Below are positions 40,876 through 51,324 of a stretch of DNA of 64,000 bases, one piece after another. Under the pieces are notes generated by a model. It made no database searches and was not told the DNA's origin. It saw only the letters and a program-made list of their open reading frames with translations. Origin of the DNA: an uncultured Holophagales bacterium (GTDB lineage Bacteria > Acidobacteriota > Thermoanaerobaculia > Multivoradales > UBA5704); contig CAWJGT010000022.1 of NCBI GenBank assembly GCA_963842525.1, positions 1 through 64,000 of the forward strand, read 5' to 3'. Made by a program: the position numbers and the translations under genes. How positions within the stretch are numbered: position 1 is the first letter of the stretch; each line of letters starts with the position of its first letter.

Positions 40876-41369
40876 GTCGATCGGTAATTGGTGAACGTGA
40901 GTGGAAGGTCGAGGTCGAGCGCCTTGAGCGCCGCGATGACCGTCTGGAGGTCGTCGCGGTTCTTGCCGGACACCCGGACGGTGTCGCCCTGGATGGCAGC
41001 CTGCACCTTGAGCTTCTTCGCCTTGATCTCGGCGACGAGCTTGCGGGCCGTCTCCTGGGGGATCCCCTGCTGCAGCGTGATCTTCTGGCGCGCCCGGCCG
41101 CCGCTCGCCGGCTCGACCTTGCCGTAGCGCAGCGACTTCAGATTGACGCCGCGCTTGACCAGCTTGGTCTTGAGCACCTCTAAAGACTGCTCCAGCGAGA
41201 ACTCGTCGGCCGCCTCGACCGTGATCTCCTCCTTCTCGAAGCGGAGCTCGGCCGCAGCCTTCTTGAGGTCATAGCGGTTGGCGATCTCCTTGTCCGCCTG
41301 ATTGAAGGCATTGCGGACCTCCTGGAGGTCCACCTCGGAGACGACGTCGAACGAGTTCTCAGCGGCCAT
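40872..41369 (-). CDS. yajQ: YajQ family nucleotide-binding protein
   Basis: SFDVVSEVDLQEVRNA...IQGDTVRVSGKNRDDLQ...FTNYR. Confidence 0.95.
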   Translation of the reverse strand: MAAENSFDVVSEVDLQEVRNAFNQADKEIANRYDLKKAAAELRFEKEEITVEAADEFSLEQSLEVLKTKLVKRGVNLKSLRYGKVEPASGGRARQKITLQQGIPQETARKLVAEIKAKKLKVQAAIQGDTVRVSGKNRDDLQTVIAALKALDLDLPLTFTNYRST

Positions 41370-41450
41370 ATCTCAGTCGGGCTCAGTCACTTCGATCGAA
41401 CCAGCAGGAACCAGGAGCCCGATCGCTGGAGGTGATTATACTTGATCCGG

Positions 41451-41656
41451 ACCTCACCCCCTGTCCCCCTCTCCCATCGCCCCCCCTTCCCCCGGGAGAG
41501 GGGGAACGCAGGCGGAGCTATCTTCGTTCTGTGCAGCCGTCTTTCAACAGAATCTCTGTGGAGCCAGGGCTTCGGCTTCTCCCCTGGAGCCTCCTCAACG
41601 TCCCCCCTCTCCCGGTCGGTGGGGGGGCGATGGGAGAGGGGGACAGGGGGTGAGGT
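41451..41656. repeat. Inverted pair of REP-like repeats
   Basis: Copies at 41451-41506 and 41600-41656. Confidence 0.85.
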
Positions 41657-42285
41657 CACCCTTCCCACCGGATGCCGGTCGGCGGCGAGAACTGCCCCTG
41701 GCGCGGAACGCCTCGGTAGTCCTTGATCTCGAAGCGCGTGAGGTTCCCCTCCCGGTCGTGGTAGGAGACCGCGATCAGGCGCCGGTTTTCGGCGTCGACG
41801 GTCAGCGTGGCGTCCGCCAGCTCGTCGACCTTGCCCTTGGGCGACAGCGCGACCTCGACCCGGCTGCCGTCGAGCGGCTTGCTGATGGCCGTGTAGCGGC
41901 CCTTGAGCTCTTCGACGCCGAGCAGCAGCAGGTCGAGGCCCGGCTCGTTCTTGCGGTCGATCCGGTAGCGCCGGCCGGTCTGGTCCTGCGGGTTCCAGGA
42001 ATGGGCGACGCCGCCGCAGAGCAGGAAGCTCTTGGGGTATGGCTCCTGATAGTCCCACCGCAGGCAGTCTGGCAGGGCCAGGGCCAGGCGGCCGGACTCC
42101 TTCTCGCCCGACGAGAACCCGGCGGGGATGTACGTCTGTGTGAACGTGGCGCCGGTCGGTCCGGCCTCCACCAGGCTCTCGCGAACCCCTGCGAGCACCT
42201 GCCAGGGATCGGAGCCCTGGGCCGAAGCGAAAACAGCCGTCGCCAGAGCGGCGACGGTCAGGATCAGGACGTGCTTTCTCATCAT
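41656..42285 (-). CDS. lolA: Outer-membrane lipoprotein carrier LolA-like
   Basis: ATFTQ...ESGRL...LRWDYQEP...DREGNLTRFE...FSPPTG. Confidence 0.75.
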   Translation of the reverse strand: MMRKHVLILTVAALATAVFASAQGSDPWQVLAGVRESLVEAGPTGATFTQTYIPAGFSSGEKESGRLALALPDCLRWDYQEPYPKSFLLCGGVAHSWNPQDQTGRRYRIDRKNEPGLDLLLLGVEELKGRYTAISKPLDGSRVEVALSPKGKVDELADATLTVDAENRRLIAVSYHDREGNLTRFEIKDYRGVPRQGQFSPPTGIRWEG

Positions 42286-42348
42286 CTCTTCCTCCACATG
42301 CACCTTCCGGCAGGGAAAACACGGGAGGACGGAGGAAGCTTCCCGGGG

Positions 42349-42509
42349 GCCCCTCACCCCCGGCCCCTCTCCCATCCGCCCCCCCTTCCCCCGGGAGAGG
42401 GGAGCAAGGCTCATCCCCATTGCTGATTTCCTGCGTTTTCCTGGTTCCCCCCTCTCCCGGTGGGTTGGGAGTGCGGACGGGAGAGGGGGGTTAGGGGGGT
42501 GAGGGGCCC
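42349..42509. repeat. Inverted pair of REP-like repeats
   Basis: Copies at 42349-42403 and 42446-42509. Confidence 0.85.
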
Positions 42510-44060
42510 TCAGTGCCGGAAGTGCCGCGTTCCCGTGAACAGCATCGCCACCCCCTGCTCGTCCGCCGCCGCGACCACCTCGTCGTCGCGCTTGCTGCCG
42601 CCGGGCTGGACCACCGCGGTGACGCCTGCGCGGGCGAGCACGTCAAGGCCGTCGCGGAACGGGAAGAAGGCGTCCGAGGCGGCGGCCGTGCCGGCGAGCG
42701 GGAGCTGTGCCTTCTCGACCGCCAGGCGGCACGAGTCGACCCGGCTCATCTGGCCCGCGCCGATCCCCACCGTCTGGTCGCCGTTGGCGATCACGATCGC
42801 ATTCGATTTGACATAGCGCTCCACCTTCCAGGCGAGCTCCAGGGCCCGGCGTTCCTCGTCCGTGGGAGAGCGCCGGGTCGGGCAGGTCCAGGCGGACGGA
42901 TCGTCCAGTAGGTCGTCCGGTGGCTGGGCGAGGAAGCCGCCCGCGACCGGCCGCAGCTCGAGGCGTCCCTCGCGAGGACGGTAGAGCGGGCACTCCAACA
43001 GGCGGAGGCTCTTCTTGACCGCAAAGCGCTCCCGCGCCACCGCGTCGAAACCTGGAGCGAGGAGCACCTCCACGAACAGATCGGCCAGCGCTTCGGCGAA
43101 AGCCCCGTCCACCGTCCCGTTCACCGCGATGATCGAGCCAAAGGCCGACACCGGGTCCGTGGCCAGGGCCCGGCGGTAGGCCGCCAGGAGGTCATCCCCG
43201 CGGCCGACGCCGCACGGATTGTTGTGCTTGACGATCACCACCGCCGGCTCGTCGAAGAGAGCCGCCATGCGGCGCGCGGCGTCGGCGTCCAGGAGGTTGT
43301 TCCAGGACAGCTCCTTGCCCTGGAGCTGGCGAAAGCCGCCGAGCACGCCGCCTCCGCCGGACCGGGCATAGACCGCGCCGGCCTGGTGCGGGTTCTCGCC
43401 ATAGCGCAGGTCCATCTCGCGTTCGAGCTGGAGATGGAGAACGAGCGGCATCTCCTCCTCCAGGTCCACGTCCTCCTCATGGGCCAGCCAGACGGCGACC
43501 GCCTCGTCATAGAGCTGCGTATGGCGGAAGGCCTTGACCGCGAGATGCCGGCGCAGCGTCTGGGGGAGAGCGCCGCCGGCGGATTCGAGCATCCGCAGCA
43601 CCTCGCCATAGTCGGCGGGGTCCACCACCACTCCGACGCTGGCGAAGTTCTTGGCCGCGGCGCGGATCATCGCGGGGCCGCCGACGTCGATCATCTCGAT
43701 CGCCTGCGCGAACGAGGCTCCGGTGGCGACCGTCTGCTGGAACGGATAGAGGTTGACCACCACGAGGTCGATGGGGGAGATCCCGTGCTCGGCGAGCTGG
43801 CCGGCGTGAGAGGGGACGGCGCGGTCGGCGAGGATGCCGCCATGGATGCGCGGGTGGAGCGTCTTGACGCGGCCGTCGAGGATCTCGGGGAACCCGGTGA
43901 CGTCCGAGACCGCGGTCGCGGGGATCCCCTTCTCCTGGAGGAAGCGGAGCGTGCCGCCCGTCGAGAGGATCTCGATTCCGAGGCGTCCGAGGCCGCGGGC
44001 CAGCTCCTCCAGGCCGGACTTGTCGAACACGGAGATCAGGGCACGGCGTGCCGGCTGCAT
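42510..44060 (-). CDS. purH: Bifunctional AICAR transformylase/IMP cyclohydrolase
   Basis: [37 protein letters not shown]. Confidence 0.97.
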   Translation of the reverse strand: MQPARRALISVFDKSGLEELARGLGRLGIEILSTGGTLRFLQEKGIPATAVSDVTGFPEILDGRVKTLHPRIHGGILADRAVPSHAGQLAEHGISPIDLVVVNLYPFQQTVATGASFAQAIEMIDVGGPAMIRAAAKNFASVGVVVDPADYGEVLRMLESAGGALPQTLRRHLAVKAFRHTQLYDEAVAVWLAHEEDVDLEEEMPLVLHLQLEREMDLRYGENPHQAGAVYARSGGGGVLGGFRQLQGKELSWNNLLDADAARRMAALFDEPAVVIVKHNNPCGVGRGDDLLAAYRRALATDPVSAFGSIIAVNGTVDGAFAEALADLFVEVLLAPGFDAVARERFAVKKSLRLLECPLYRPREGRLELRPVAGGFLAQPPDDLLDDPSAWTCPTRRSPTDEERRALELAWKVERYVKSNAIVIANGDQTVGIGAGQMSRVDSCRLAVEKAQLPLAGTAAASDAFFPFRDGLDVLARAGVTAVVQPGGSKRDDEVVAAADEQGVAMLFTGTRHFRH

Positions 44061-44093
44061 CGTCGAAGCTCCTCCGGGAGCCGTGGGGATGGA

Positions 44094-44879
44094 TCAGCGG
44101 GCGCGGATCGCCCGCGGCAGGACGAACAAACGTTGGCCGCCCACCACGCTCGTCCGCTCGTCAGCGCCCCCCGCGGCAAGCCAAATATAGCGCAGCGTCA
44201 AGGCGACGTCGGTCACCGCGTGGCTGAACGACAGCGAGGCGACGCCGAAGGCGCTGGACCGGTCGTCGAACCGGCCGAGGCCGGAGGCGAACCCGATGCG
44301 CCGGTACTCGCGGCCGACCTGCGCATAGAGAGACCGGCTGCGGCGCAGCGTCTCGGCGAGCAGCGGCGCGACGCCGTTGCCGCCATCGGCGCCTGGGCGG
44401 GCACCGTAGAACACCAGGGGAAAGCGCGGCTCCGCGCTCTGGGCATAGCGTAGATAGTCGACGAAATACCGGCCCTCCTCGGGATCGGCCGCCGAAGCCG
44501 CCAGCGGGTTGTTGGCATCGGCCACATAGTGGGAAACCACCCCAAGGCGCCGCACGATCTCGGCGAACGGCCGATGCGACCGGATCGCCTCGATAGCCCC
44601 CTGAACCTCCTCCTGAAGCACGCGATCGAGCGAGCCCGCCCCGTCGGCGTTCTTCATATGCCGGCCCGGGTCCTGATCCTGGAACGGAGCCACCGCCCCG
44701 GCCTCCATCTCGCGCCGGTGCTTGTCGATCTGCCGAGCCAGGTCCGGAGGCGCCAAACGAGCCGCCTCGCGGGCGATCGACACCTGCGTCTCGGGAGTCC
44801 ACGCCGAGGCCGGGAGGGGGAGGGCAAACAGGGACACGAGGGCCGGGAGCACGCCAGGGAAGAACTGCAGCCGCCGCAT
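44094..44879 (-). CDS. Exported Zn-dependent PLC/S1-P1-like protein
   Basis: Signal peptide followed by AW start; LGVVSHYVADANNPL. Confidence 0.6.
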   Translation of the reverse strand: MRRLQFFPGVLPALVSLFALPLPASAWTPETQVSIAREAARLAPPDLARQIDKHRREMEAGAVAPFQDQDPGRHMKNADGAGSLDRVLQEEVQGAIEAIRSHRPFAEIVRRLGVVSHYVADANNPLAASAADPEEGRYFVDYLRYAQSAEPRFPLVFYGARPGADGGNGVAPLLAETLRRSRSLYAQVGREYRRIGFASGLGRFDDRSSAFGVASLSFSHAVTDVALTLRYIWLAAGGADERTSVVGGQRLFVLPRAIRAR

Positions 44880-44959
44880 GATGGGCCTTATTGTAAAGCA
44901 GGATTGTAAGGCAGGCCCGTATCTGAAAAGATCCCCCGGCTCTCGCGAGGAGCCTTGCC

Positions 44960-45207
44960 GTGCCCCCCGACCGCTATCGCCTCGACGTCACCGGCACCTT
45001 CTGCCCCCTGCCGATCCTCCTTTCGGCGCGGGAGATCCGGAAGCTCCGTCCCGGCGACCTCCTGGAGATCCTGGGCGACGACCCCGGCATCCTGGAAGAC
45101 ATGCCCGTCTGGTGCGAAAGAGCCGGCCACCGCCTGGTCGAGATGGTGGAAGAGGGGGGACGATCCGGTCCCTGGTGGAGAAGGGCCAGCCGAAGCCGCG
45201 CCGCTGA
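44960..45207 (+). CDS. TusA family sulfur carrier (frameshift near 45155)
   Basis: LDVTGTFCPLP...GDLLEILGDDPG..EDMPVWC...GH. Confidence 0.85.
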
Positions 45208-45324
45208 TCCGGAATGCATCCGCTCCCGGACCTGTTCTCAGACCGGGGGAGACTGCGCCGCCCGGCGCTTGACTTGGGGCTCCGCCCCTGGTAGAAATCC
45301 TCCCCTTGAGGCCGTCCGGCCTCT

Positions 45325-45400
45325 GCCCAGGTAGCTCAGTTGGTAGAGCACGTGACTGAAAATCACGGTGTCGGCAGTTCAATTCTGTCCCTGGGCACCA
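45325..45400 (+). tRNA. tRNA-Phe(GAA)
   Basis: GCCCAGG...CTGAAAA...TTCAATT...CCTGGGCACCA, a full 76-nt cloverleaf. Confidence 0.97.
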
Positions 45401-45659
45401 GCTAAACTCAACAACCAAAACTATTTATTCGCCTCCTTCGGGGATATCTCCGGCCGCCCTTTTCGGGCCTGGGGACTCGTTCGAAGAGCGTTGGACCTAA
45501 GTCCTATGGCGCTTACCCGGCATGCCGGTCAAGGTGGCGTAGACCTCGGCGAGGCTGTGCGCGCCGCAGCAGGAGCCTTTTTTCCCGAAGCGGCCATATG
45601 GCGGCGCAAAGGCCCGGCGGGCCTCACAGACAACGGCAGCGGGTCACGCAGTATCCGCT

Positions 45660-46090
45660 TGCCCGGCGCAAAGAAGCGCTCAGTGCGCCGTTGGATGACT
45701 AGAGTGCGCCGCAAATCCATCCTTTGCGACTCTTTATCGATAATTTGCGACGGCAAAACCTTCTGTCGTCGTGCTGTTGGCGCACAGCGAAGCGGTGAGC
45801 GCCCATTTTGCGCCGCTGTGCGACTCTATTGCGCCGTCGCGGGTCTACGTGCGACGGTGCAGCGCTTCGTCGTGGCGCAAAACCCATCCAGGAATCGAGG
45901 AAGGCTTATCGAGGCGCGAAGGATCGATCCAGTGCGACGCGAGATCGATCTTTGCACCGCTGAATCGCTATCGCGTCGCACTGAATCGCTTCTTTGCGCC
46001 GAGGCATCGATTGAGTGCGCTGCTGAATGGCTGGCTCGGCGCAAAGGAAGCTCCGTTTGCGACGTTCGGCGCGAAGTGCTCGGCGCGGCG
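45660..46090. repeat. Degenerate ~21-bp array (TGCG-led motif)
   Basis: Motif at 45684, 45705, 45725, 45746, 45809, 45830, 45850, 45933, 45953, 45995, 46016 and 46058. Confidence 0.65.
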
Positions 46091-46321
46091 CGCAGGATCG
46101 CGGCGGGCTCCAGGTGATAGCAAGGCGACGGCGCCAGGATGGCGAGGACCAGCAGGCGCTCGTCGCCGGTGTTGCGGATGCCGTGGAGGACCCCCCTAGT
46201 GCCGCCCTGCTGGAGGTGCCAGCCTCCTATTCGGTTGCTCACGCGTTCCTTTCGACCTCCTGCTCCGCCAGGGGATCTACGGCGCCCGCGCCCTGCGGGT
46301 ACGGTGAGCGGGCCTCGCAGG

Positions 46322-46561
46322 CTACCCCGGGCAGAAGGGCGCGCCGCAGAAGGAGAACAGGTACACCCACTCGCCGCCGATGCATTGGTACCGCTCCTTC
46401 GGGGTCGACATCCCGTCCTCGCAGCCGCAGGTGGGGCCGACGGTCACGTTCTTGAACTGTCCTTCGGTGCACTGGGAGGACTGCGCGGCCGGCACCTGGA
46501 TCTGGAAGACCGCCGCAAATAGAAGCAAGGCAACAGCGAGCCGGATTGTCGATCTCCTCAT
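46322..46561 (-). CDS. Small secreted Cys-rich protein (79 aa, 6 Cys)
   Basis: AAAGGAG RBS; signal MRRSTIRLAVALLLFAAVF; mature part CTEGQ...CGC...C...CGAPFC. Confidence 0.7.
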   Translation of the reverse strand: MRRSTIRLAVALLLFAAVFQIQVPAAQSSQCTEGQFKNVTVGPTCGCEDGMSTPKERYQCIGGEWVYLFSFCGAPFCPG

Positions 46562-46730
46562 CGCTTCTCCTTTCACGAAATGGCAGCTCCGGAGGAGCCT
46601 CCATAAGAAAGAGGTGCGGCGAGCCGGCGAAAACGAGCCCGAGATAGGTACCAGCCACTTATTCTGGAACAGGACAACCCGCATCCACACAGCCCTTACG
46701 GCGACGACGCAATCCCAGGAGGACCAGAGC

Positions 46731-46859
46731 CTACCCGGGGCCGTCCTTCATCGGAGTCTGGCCGGGATTGTCCACGTGTTGTGCACCCTTGGCGGACGGC
46801 AGGTCCTTCTCCTGGACCGGCGTGACGTTCTCGCGGCCCGGCTTCTCGCTCTTTTTCAT
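46731..46859 (-). CDS. 42-aa peptide, possible double-glycine-type precursor
   Basis: GGGAGG RBS; MKKSEKPGRENVTPVQEKDLPSAKGA-QHVDNPGQTPMKDGPG. Confidence 0.5.
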   Translation of the reverse strand: MKKSEKPGRENVTPVQEKDLPSAKGAQHVDNPGQTPMKDGPG

Positions 46860-46983
46860 TTTCGCCTCCCTGGAAGATACGGCTGATTCTACTCCCTCAG
46901 CGCCCGATCGCCCCCTCGCTGGCAGCACCGGTGGAGTCTCGGGCGCTTTCGATAACGGCTGTGCGGCATATCATGGGCGCGTC

Positions 46984-47960
46984 ATGTCCGAATCCTTGAT
47001 GCAAGGGCGGGGCAAGGGGTGGATGTACGCCGCGGCGTGGCTGCCCTTCCTGACCATCTATGTGGCGGCCTTCACCGCCAACGACGTCCCGCTGCAGCTC
47101 GCGGTGCGCAACGTCCTCGCGACGGTCCTGCCCCAGGCGTTGCTCGGCGCGCTGGTCCTGCGGCTGCCGCGGCGGCTGCCGTGGCCCGAGGTGAGCAGGG
47201 TCCGCTTCTTCTCGGCGCACCTCGGGCTTCTGCTCGCTTTCATTCTCGCCTCGACCGCCGGGTGGATCGCACTGGTGAGGCTCGACGCGCACCTGTTCGG
47301 CGGCTCCTTCGATCCAGGGCTTCATCTGCGTATTTTGCCGTGGCGAGTCCTCAACGACCTGCTCATCTATTGCACCCTCGCCGGGCTTTCCTATGCATGG
47401 CACAACGCGGCCGCCAGCCGTGAGCAGGCGGCGCGCGCAGCCCGCGCCGAGACCATGCGTGCGCGAGCGGAAGCTCGAAGCCCTGCGGAGTCAGCTCAAT
47501 CCCCACTTCATCCTCAACACCTTCCACGCGCTGATCGGCCTGGTGCGGCGCGAGCCCGCGGTCGCGGAGGCGGCGTTGGAGCGGCTGGGCGACCTGCTGC
47601 GCTACAGCCTCCGCATCCAGCGCGAGAGCCTGGATGAGATGACCCTGCGTGATGAGTGGTCGTTCGTCCAGAGCTATCTGGACCTCGAGCGTCTGCGGCT
47701 CGGAGACCGGCTGCGCGTGAGCTTCGAGGCCGCGGCGGCCACGCTGGACTGCCTCGTACCGAGCTTCGCCCTCCAGACCCTGGTCGAGAACGCCATCCGG
47801 CATGCCATTGCCCCGCGCGCCGAAGGCGGGCATCTGGCGGTCAGCGCGCATCAGGTGGATGGCCGGCTGAGGATCGAAGTGGAAGACGACGGGCCGGGAG
47901 ACTCCGCACAGCCGCCTGCCGAGAGCCACAGGCTCGGTCTGCGGCTTCTCCAGGAACCTC
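46984..47960 (+). CDS. LytS/YehU-type sensor kinase (frameshift near 47470; C-terminus lost at a REP)
   Basis: TM helices; LRSQLNPHFILNT, LQTLVENAIRH, VEDDGPG. Confidence 0.85.
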
Positions 47961-48066
47961 TCCCGCCACCCCAGCCGGGAGAGGGGCGCCACCACCCGTC
48001 GATTTTCCCCCTCTCCCGGGGTGGGCGGGAGGCGTGGCGGGAGAGGGGGCCAGGGGGGTGAGGGCC
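47957..48066. repeat. Inverted REP-like pair (first copy partial)
   Basis: CCTCTCCC...GGGAGAGGGG and GGGAGAGGGGGCCAGGGGGGTGAGGG. Confidence 0.8.
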
Positions 48067-50273
48067 TAGTGCCGCCCCACGATCCCGAGGGTGAAGCTCC
48101 TCCCCAGCGCCAGGGCCGCGGTCTCGTCCGCCGACTCGGCAAAGCGGCGGTCGGTCAGGTTGCGGCCGATCACCCGCACCTCCAGGGCCTCGGTGACGTG
48201 GTAGCCGACTCCCAGGTCCAGAGTGGAATAGCCCGGGCGCGCCAGCTCGGCCGGCCCGGGACGGTCGTCCTCCATGTAGTTGAGGGACCGCAGGTAGGTG
48301 TAGCCCCGGTCCATCGACCAGCGCAGCGTGGCGAAGGCACCCGGCGTCGGGACGTCGGCGAGCGATGAGCCGTCCCCGGCCTCGCCCTCAGCCCAGGCGG
48401 CCGCGAGCTCCAGGGCGAAACCCGCCGGCAACGGCATCTGGAGCTCCAGCTCAAGGCCCTTGATCTCCGCCTCGCCGCGGTTGCGGAAGAAGAAGTCGTT
48501 GGCCGGCCGGAAGCGCTCGATCAGGTCCTCGATCTGGTAGAGGTACCCGAAGAGGCCGACCGAGCCGCCGCCCACGATCCAGCGCAGCGAGCCGTCGTAT
48601 TGCAGGCTCCTCTCCGGCTCGAGATCCGGGTTGCCGACGACGAACCCGCGCCCGGAGGGGCCGCGGAAGTAGCGGTCCGACAGCGTCGGATCGCGGAAGC
48701 CGCGCGCTACCTGGAGGCTCCCCGTCAGGTTGTGCGGCAGGCTCGCGGTCAGCGCCGCATAGCCCGAAAGCGCCTGGTGCGAGGTCGACCGGTCGCCGAA
48801 GAATCCGCCCTTGTTCTCGGACTCCACGCGGTCCCCCCGCAGCCCGGCGGAGAGCAGGACGGACGAGGAGACCGGCCGGTCGTAGGACGCGAACACACCG
48901 GTGTCGGTCCGGATGGCGTCTTCGATGGCAACCGTCCGCTGCAGATCGGTCTGCTGGCCGGCCAGGTTGAAGAGCCGCCGATTCGTGATCGACTCGACGT
49001 TGAAGCGCGAGACGACCTCGAAGCCGACCTGCAGGCGTCCGCCGGCCAGGGGCCGCGCCGCCACGCCGCGCAGCGAGCCGTCGTCGGCGTCGGTTTCCGA
49101 GCTTTCGATCTGGCGGGTCACCGTGGCCGTGGGGAGCCTGTCGCGGTCGAGGGCCAGCCGGTAGTTGCCGAGGAAGAACCCGAAATCGAGCGAGTCCCAC
49201 CCCCCGACCGGTCCGGAGGTGAGGGCGAGATTGAACCGCCGCGAGTCCTCCCATGGGTAGATCGAGCGGGTGATGTTGGAGTCGATCGCCGGGCTGCCCG
49301 TGTCGTAGCCATTGGTCATTGAAAAGCCGGCCCGCAGCCGGCCCACCGGCGTGTCCACGGCATAGCGGAGGGCGCCGCCCCGGTCGCGGTAGGAGGAGTT
49401 GTCGATGGTCTCCCCTCCGCCTGACTCGGCTTCCCCGGAGCGCCGGATGTGGAACTGGCCGAGGATGCCGCCGCCGAACAGGTTGCCGGCGGCCTCGATC
49501 CCGGCGGACTCCTCGTCGTCGCCGCCGAACCCCTTGTTGAGCGTGTAGCGCAGCCAGGACGAGCCGGGCTCGGGATAGCGCGGGCGCGCGTTGATGACGC
49601 CGCCCAGGGCGTCCGAGCCATAGGCGACCGAGCCGGGACCGCGAGCCACCTCCACCGAGGCGAGGGTGAAGGGGTCGAGGAACCCGGCCGAAGAGCCGGC
49701 GCGGCGCTCGGTCGTCACCCGCGAGCCGTCGAGCAGGAGCAGGGTCCGGCCGCGGGCGAGGCCGCGGATGGATGGCACGCCCGTGGGGCCTTCGCCGGTG
49801 GTCTGGGTGCCCGGCACAGCCTCCAGGACCTCGGCGAGCCGCTGCGGCCGCCGCTGCTCCAGGTCCTGCTGTCCGACCAGCGTCGTGGCCGCGGCGGGAG
49901 GGGTCTCGAGCCCGGGAGCCACGCCCGCGGTCACAGTGACCGAATCGCGGAAGGACTCCTGGATCCGCACCTCCAGGGGGCCGGACCCGGGGAGCGCGGC
50001 TACCTCGATCGCCGGTGTCACCTCGCCGGCCGGACCCACCGCCACGACCTGGAACGGCAAGGCGGGGTCCGGAGAGATGCGGAACCGGCCCTGCGCGTCG
50101 GTCGTCACCGAGATCGGGCGGCCGACGACGGAGATTTCATAGCCTGCGGCGGGCGTGCCGTCGGGCAGCAGCAGCCGGCCCTCGAGCGCCAGCGTCCACA
50201 CCGGGAACGCGGCAAGGAGAAAGAGAAAAAGGAGCACAGCGGGCCTTTGGGGCCCGCGCGAAATGTTACGCAT
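48066..50273 (-). CDS. TonB-dependent receptor
   Basis: Signal peptide; plug SIRGL...VEVARGPGSVAYGSDALGGVIN; GNPDLEPERS; NLTDRRF. Confidence 0.92.
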   Translation of the reverse strand: MRNISRGPQRPAVLLFLFLLAAFPVWTLALEGRLLLPDGTPAAGYEISVVGRPISVTTDAQGRFRISPDPALPFQVVAVGPAGEVTPAIEVAALPGSGPLEVRIQESFRDSVTVTAGVAPGLETPPAAATTLVGQQDLEQRRPQRLAEVLEAVPGTQTTGEGPTGVPSIRGLARGRTLLLLDGSRVTTERRAGSSAGFLDPFTLASVEVARGPGSVAYGSDALGGVINARPRYPEPGSSWLRYTLNKGFGGDDEESAGIEAAGNLFGGGILGQFHIRRSGEAESGGGETIDNSSYRDRGGALRYAVDTPVGRLRAGFSMTNGYDTGSPAIDSNITRSIYPWEDSRRFNLALTSGPVGGWDSLDFGFFLGNYRLALDRDRLPTATVTRQIESSETDADDGSLRGVAARPLAGGRLQVGFEVVSRFNVESITNRRLFNLAGQQTDLQRTVAIEDAIRTDTGVFASYDRPVSSSVLLSAGLRGDRVESENKGGFFGDRSTSHQALSGYAALTASLPHNLTGSLQVARGFRDPTLSDRYFRGPSGRGFVVGNPDLEPERSLQYDGSLRWIVGGGSVGLFGYLYQIEDLIERFRPANDFFFRNRGEAEIKGLELELQMPLPAGFALELAAAWAEGEAGDGSSLADVPTPGAFATLRWSMDRGYTYLRSLNYMEDDRPGPAELARPGYSTLDLGVGYHVTEALEVRVIGRNLTDRRFAESADETAALALGRSFTLGIVGRH

Positions 50274-50365
50274 GAAGGACCTCGATCCTCGAAAAATGTA
50301 CGTAGTCCATCGAGCCGCCCTCGCAGGGCGCCTCCGCTTCGGCATTGTTCGAGAGGACCGAGGCT

Positions 50366-51085
50366 CTATTCGTTATAGCGGTGAATGAGGGTGCGCACGT
50401 CGGCCGTGGGAAGGATGGCCGGATCCGCGGCAGGGAGGTCCCGGCGCTCTGGAGGAGGCTGGACGTCCGCCGTGGCGGGAGGCGGCAGGCTCGTCCTGGC
50501 GGAGCCGGGCCCGAGCAGAGGCATCCAGAACCCCGCAGCCGGCTCGACCGCGCGCACGGACGGCAGCGCGGCATGAGCCACCATCTCGCGCAGGCGCGAG
50601 CCGTCGCGATTCCCTTCGACCCAGACGACCACGCCAGGGTTCCGGGGCCGCGCCCGCTCGCCGCGCGTCAGAGCCACTCCGCCTTTGAGCAGGCTCAGGG
50701 CCGCCGGGCCCGGCGCGGGCACGATCGAGAAGAGTCCTGGCGCCTCGACCTCCACCTCACGCCGCTCGTCGCCGAAGCGCAGCAGCAGCCGTGCCCGGGG
50801 CGTGGGAACGTCCGGTATCCGGACCGTGAAGCGCCGGATCGAGATGTCCAGGTGGGGCGTGATCCGGACGGGCCACGTCCGCCCGCCGTCCGCCGAGAGG
50901 AAGGCCTCCCACTCCACGATCTCGGAGGGCAGCTCGCCCGCCTCCCACTCGACCGTCACCCGGGACCCGGCGGTCACCTCCGCCCCGGCAGCCGGCGAGA
51001 CCAGCCGGACCGGCAGGTCCGCCCCCGCCGCCGGGACCGCGGCGGTCAGGAGAGCCAGGAGGGGGAGCAAGCTGAGCCGGCGCAT
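50366..51085 (-). CDS. Exported hypothetical protein
   Basis: Signal peptide; LVSPAAG...LSADGGRTW. Confidence 0.65.
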   Translation of the reverse strand: MRRLSLLPLLALLTAAVPAAGADLPVRLVSPAAGAEVTAGSRVTVEWEAGELPSEIVEWEAFLSADGGRTWPVRITPHLDISIRRFTVRIPDVPTPRARLLLRFGDERREVEVEAPGLFSIVPAPGPAALSLLKGGVALTRGERARPRNPGVVVWVEGNRDGSRLREMVAHAALPSVRAVEPAAGFWMPLLGPGSARTSLPPPATADVQPPPERRDLPAADPAILPTADVRTLIHRYNE

Positions 51086-51138
51086 AGGTAACGATGTAGC
51101 TTCTTCCTCGGCGGCTCTCCTGTCAATGGCGCCGGAGG

Positions 51139-51290
51139 GCCCTCACCCCCCTGGCCCCCCTCTCCCAACCGCCCTCCCATCCACCGGGAGAGGGGGGGAA
51201 AGAGATCGAGGAAAAGCCGTCCAACCATCTTTGCTCCCCTCTCCCGGGGGTCGGGGAGGGCGGTTGGGAGAGGGGCCGGGGGTGAGGGGC
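51139..51290. repeat. Inverted pair of REP-like repeats
   Basis: Copies at 51139-51199 and 51235-51290. Confidence 0.85.
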
Positions 51291-51324
51291 TGGGCCGCCA
51301 CGGACTTTGACAGGTCCCAGAGGC

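Noticed and set aside
46110-46200. Cupin-like fragment (HGIRNTGDERLLVLAILAP, minus strand)
   Set aside because: About 25 codons with no credible start; at most a small remnant.
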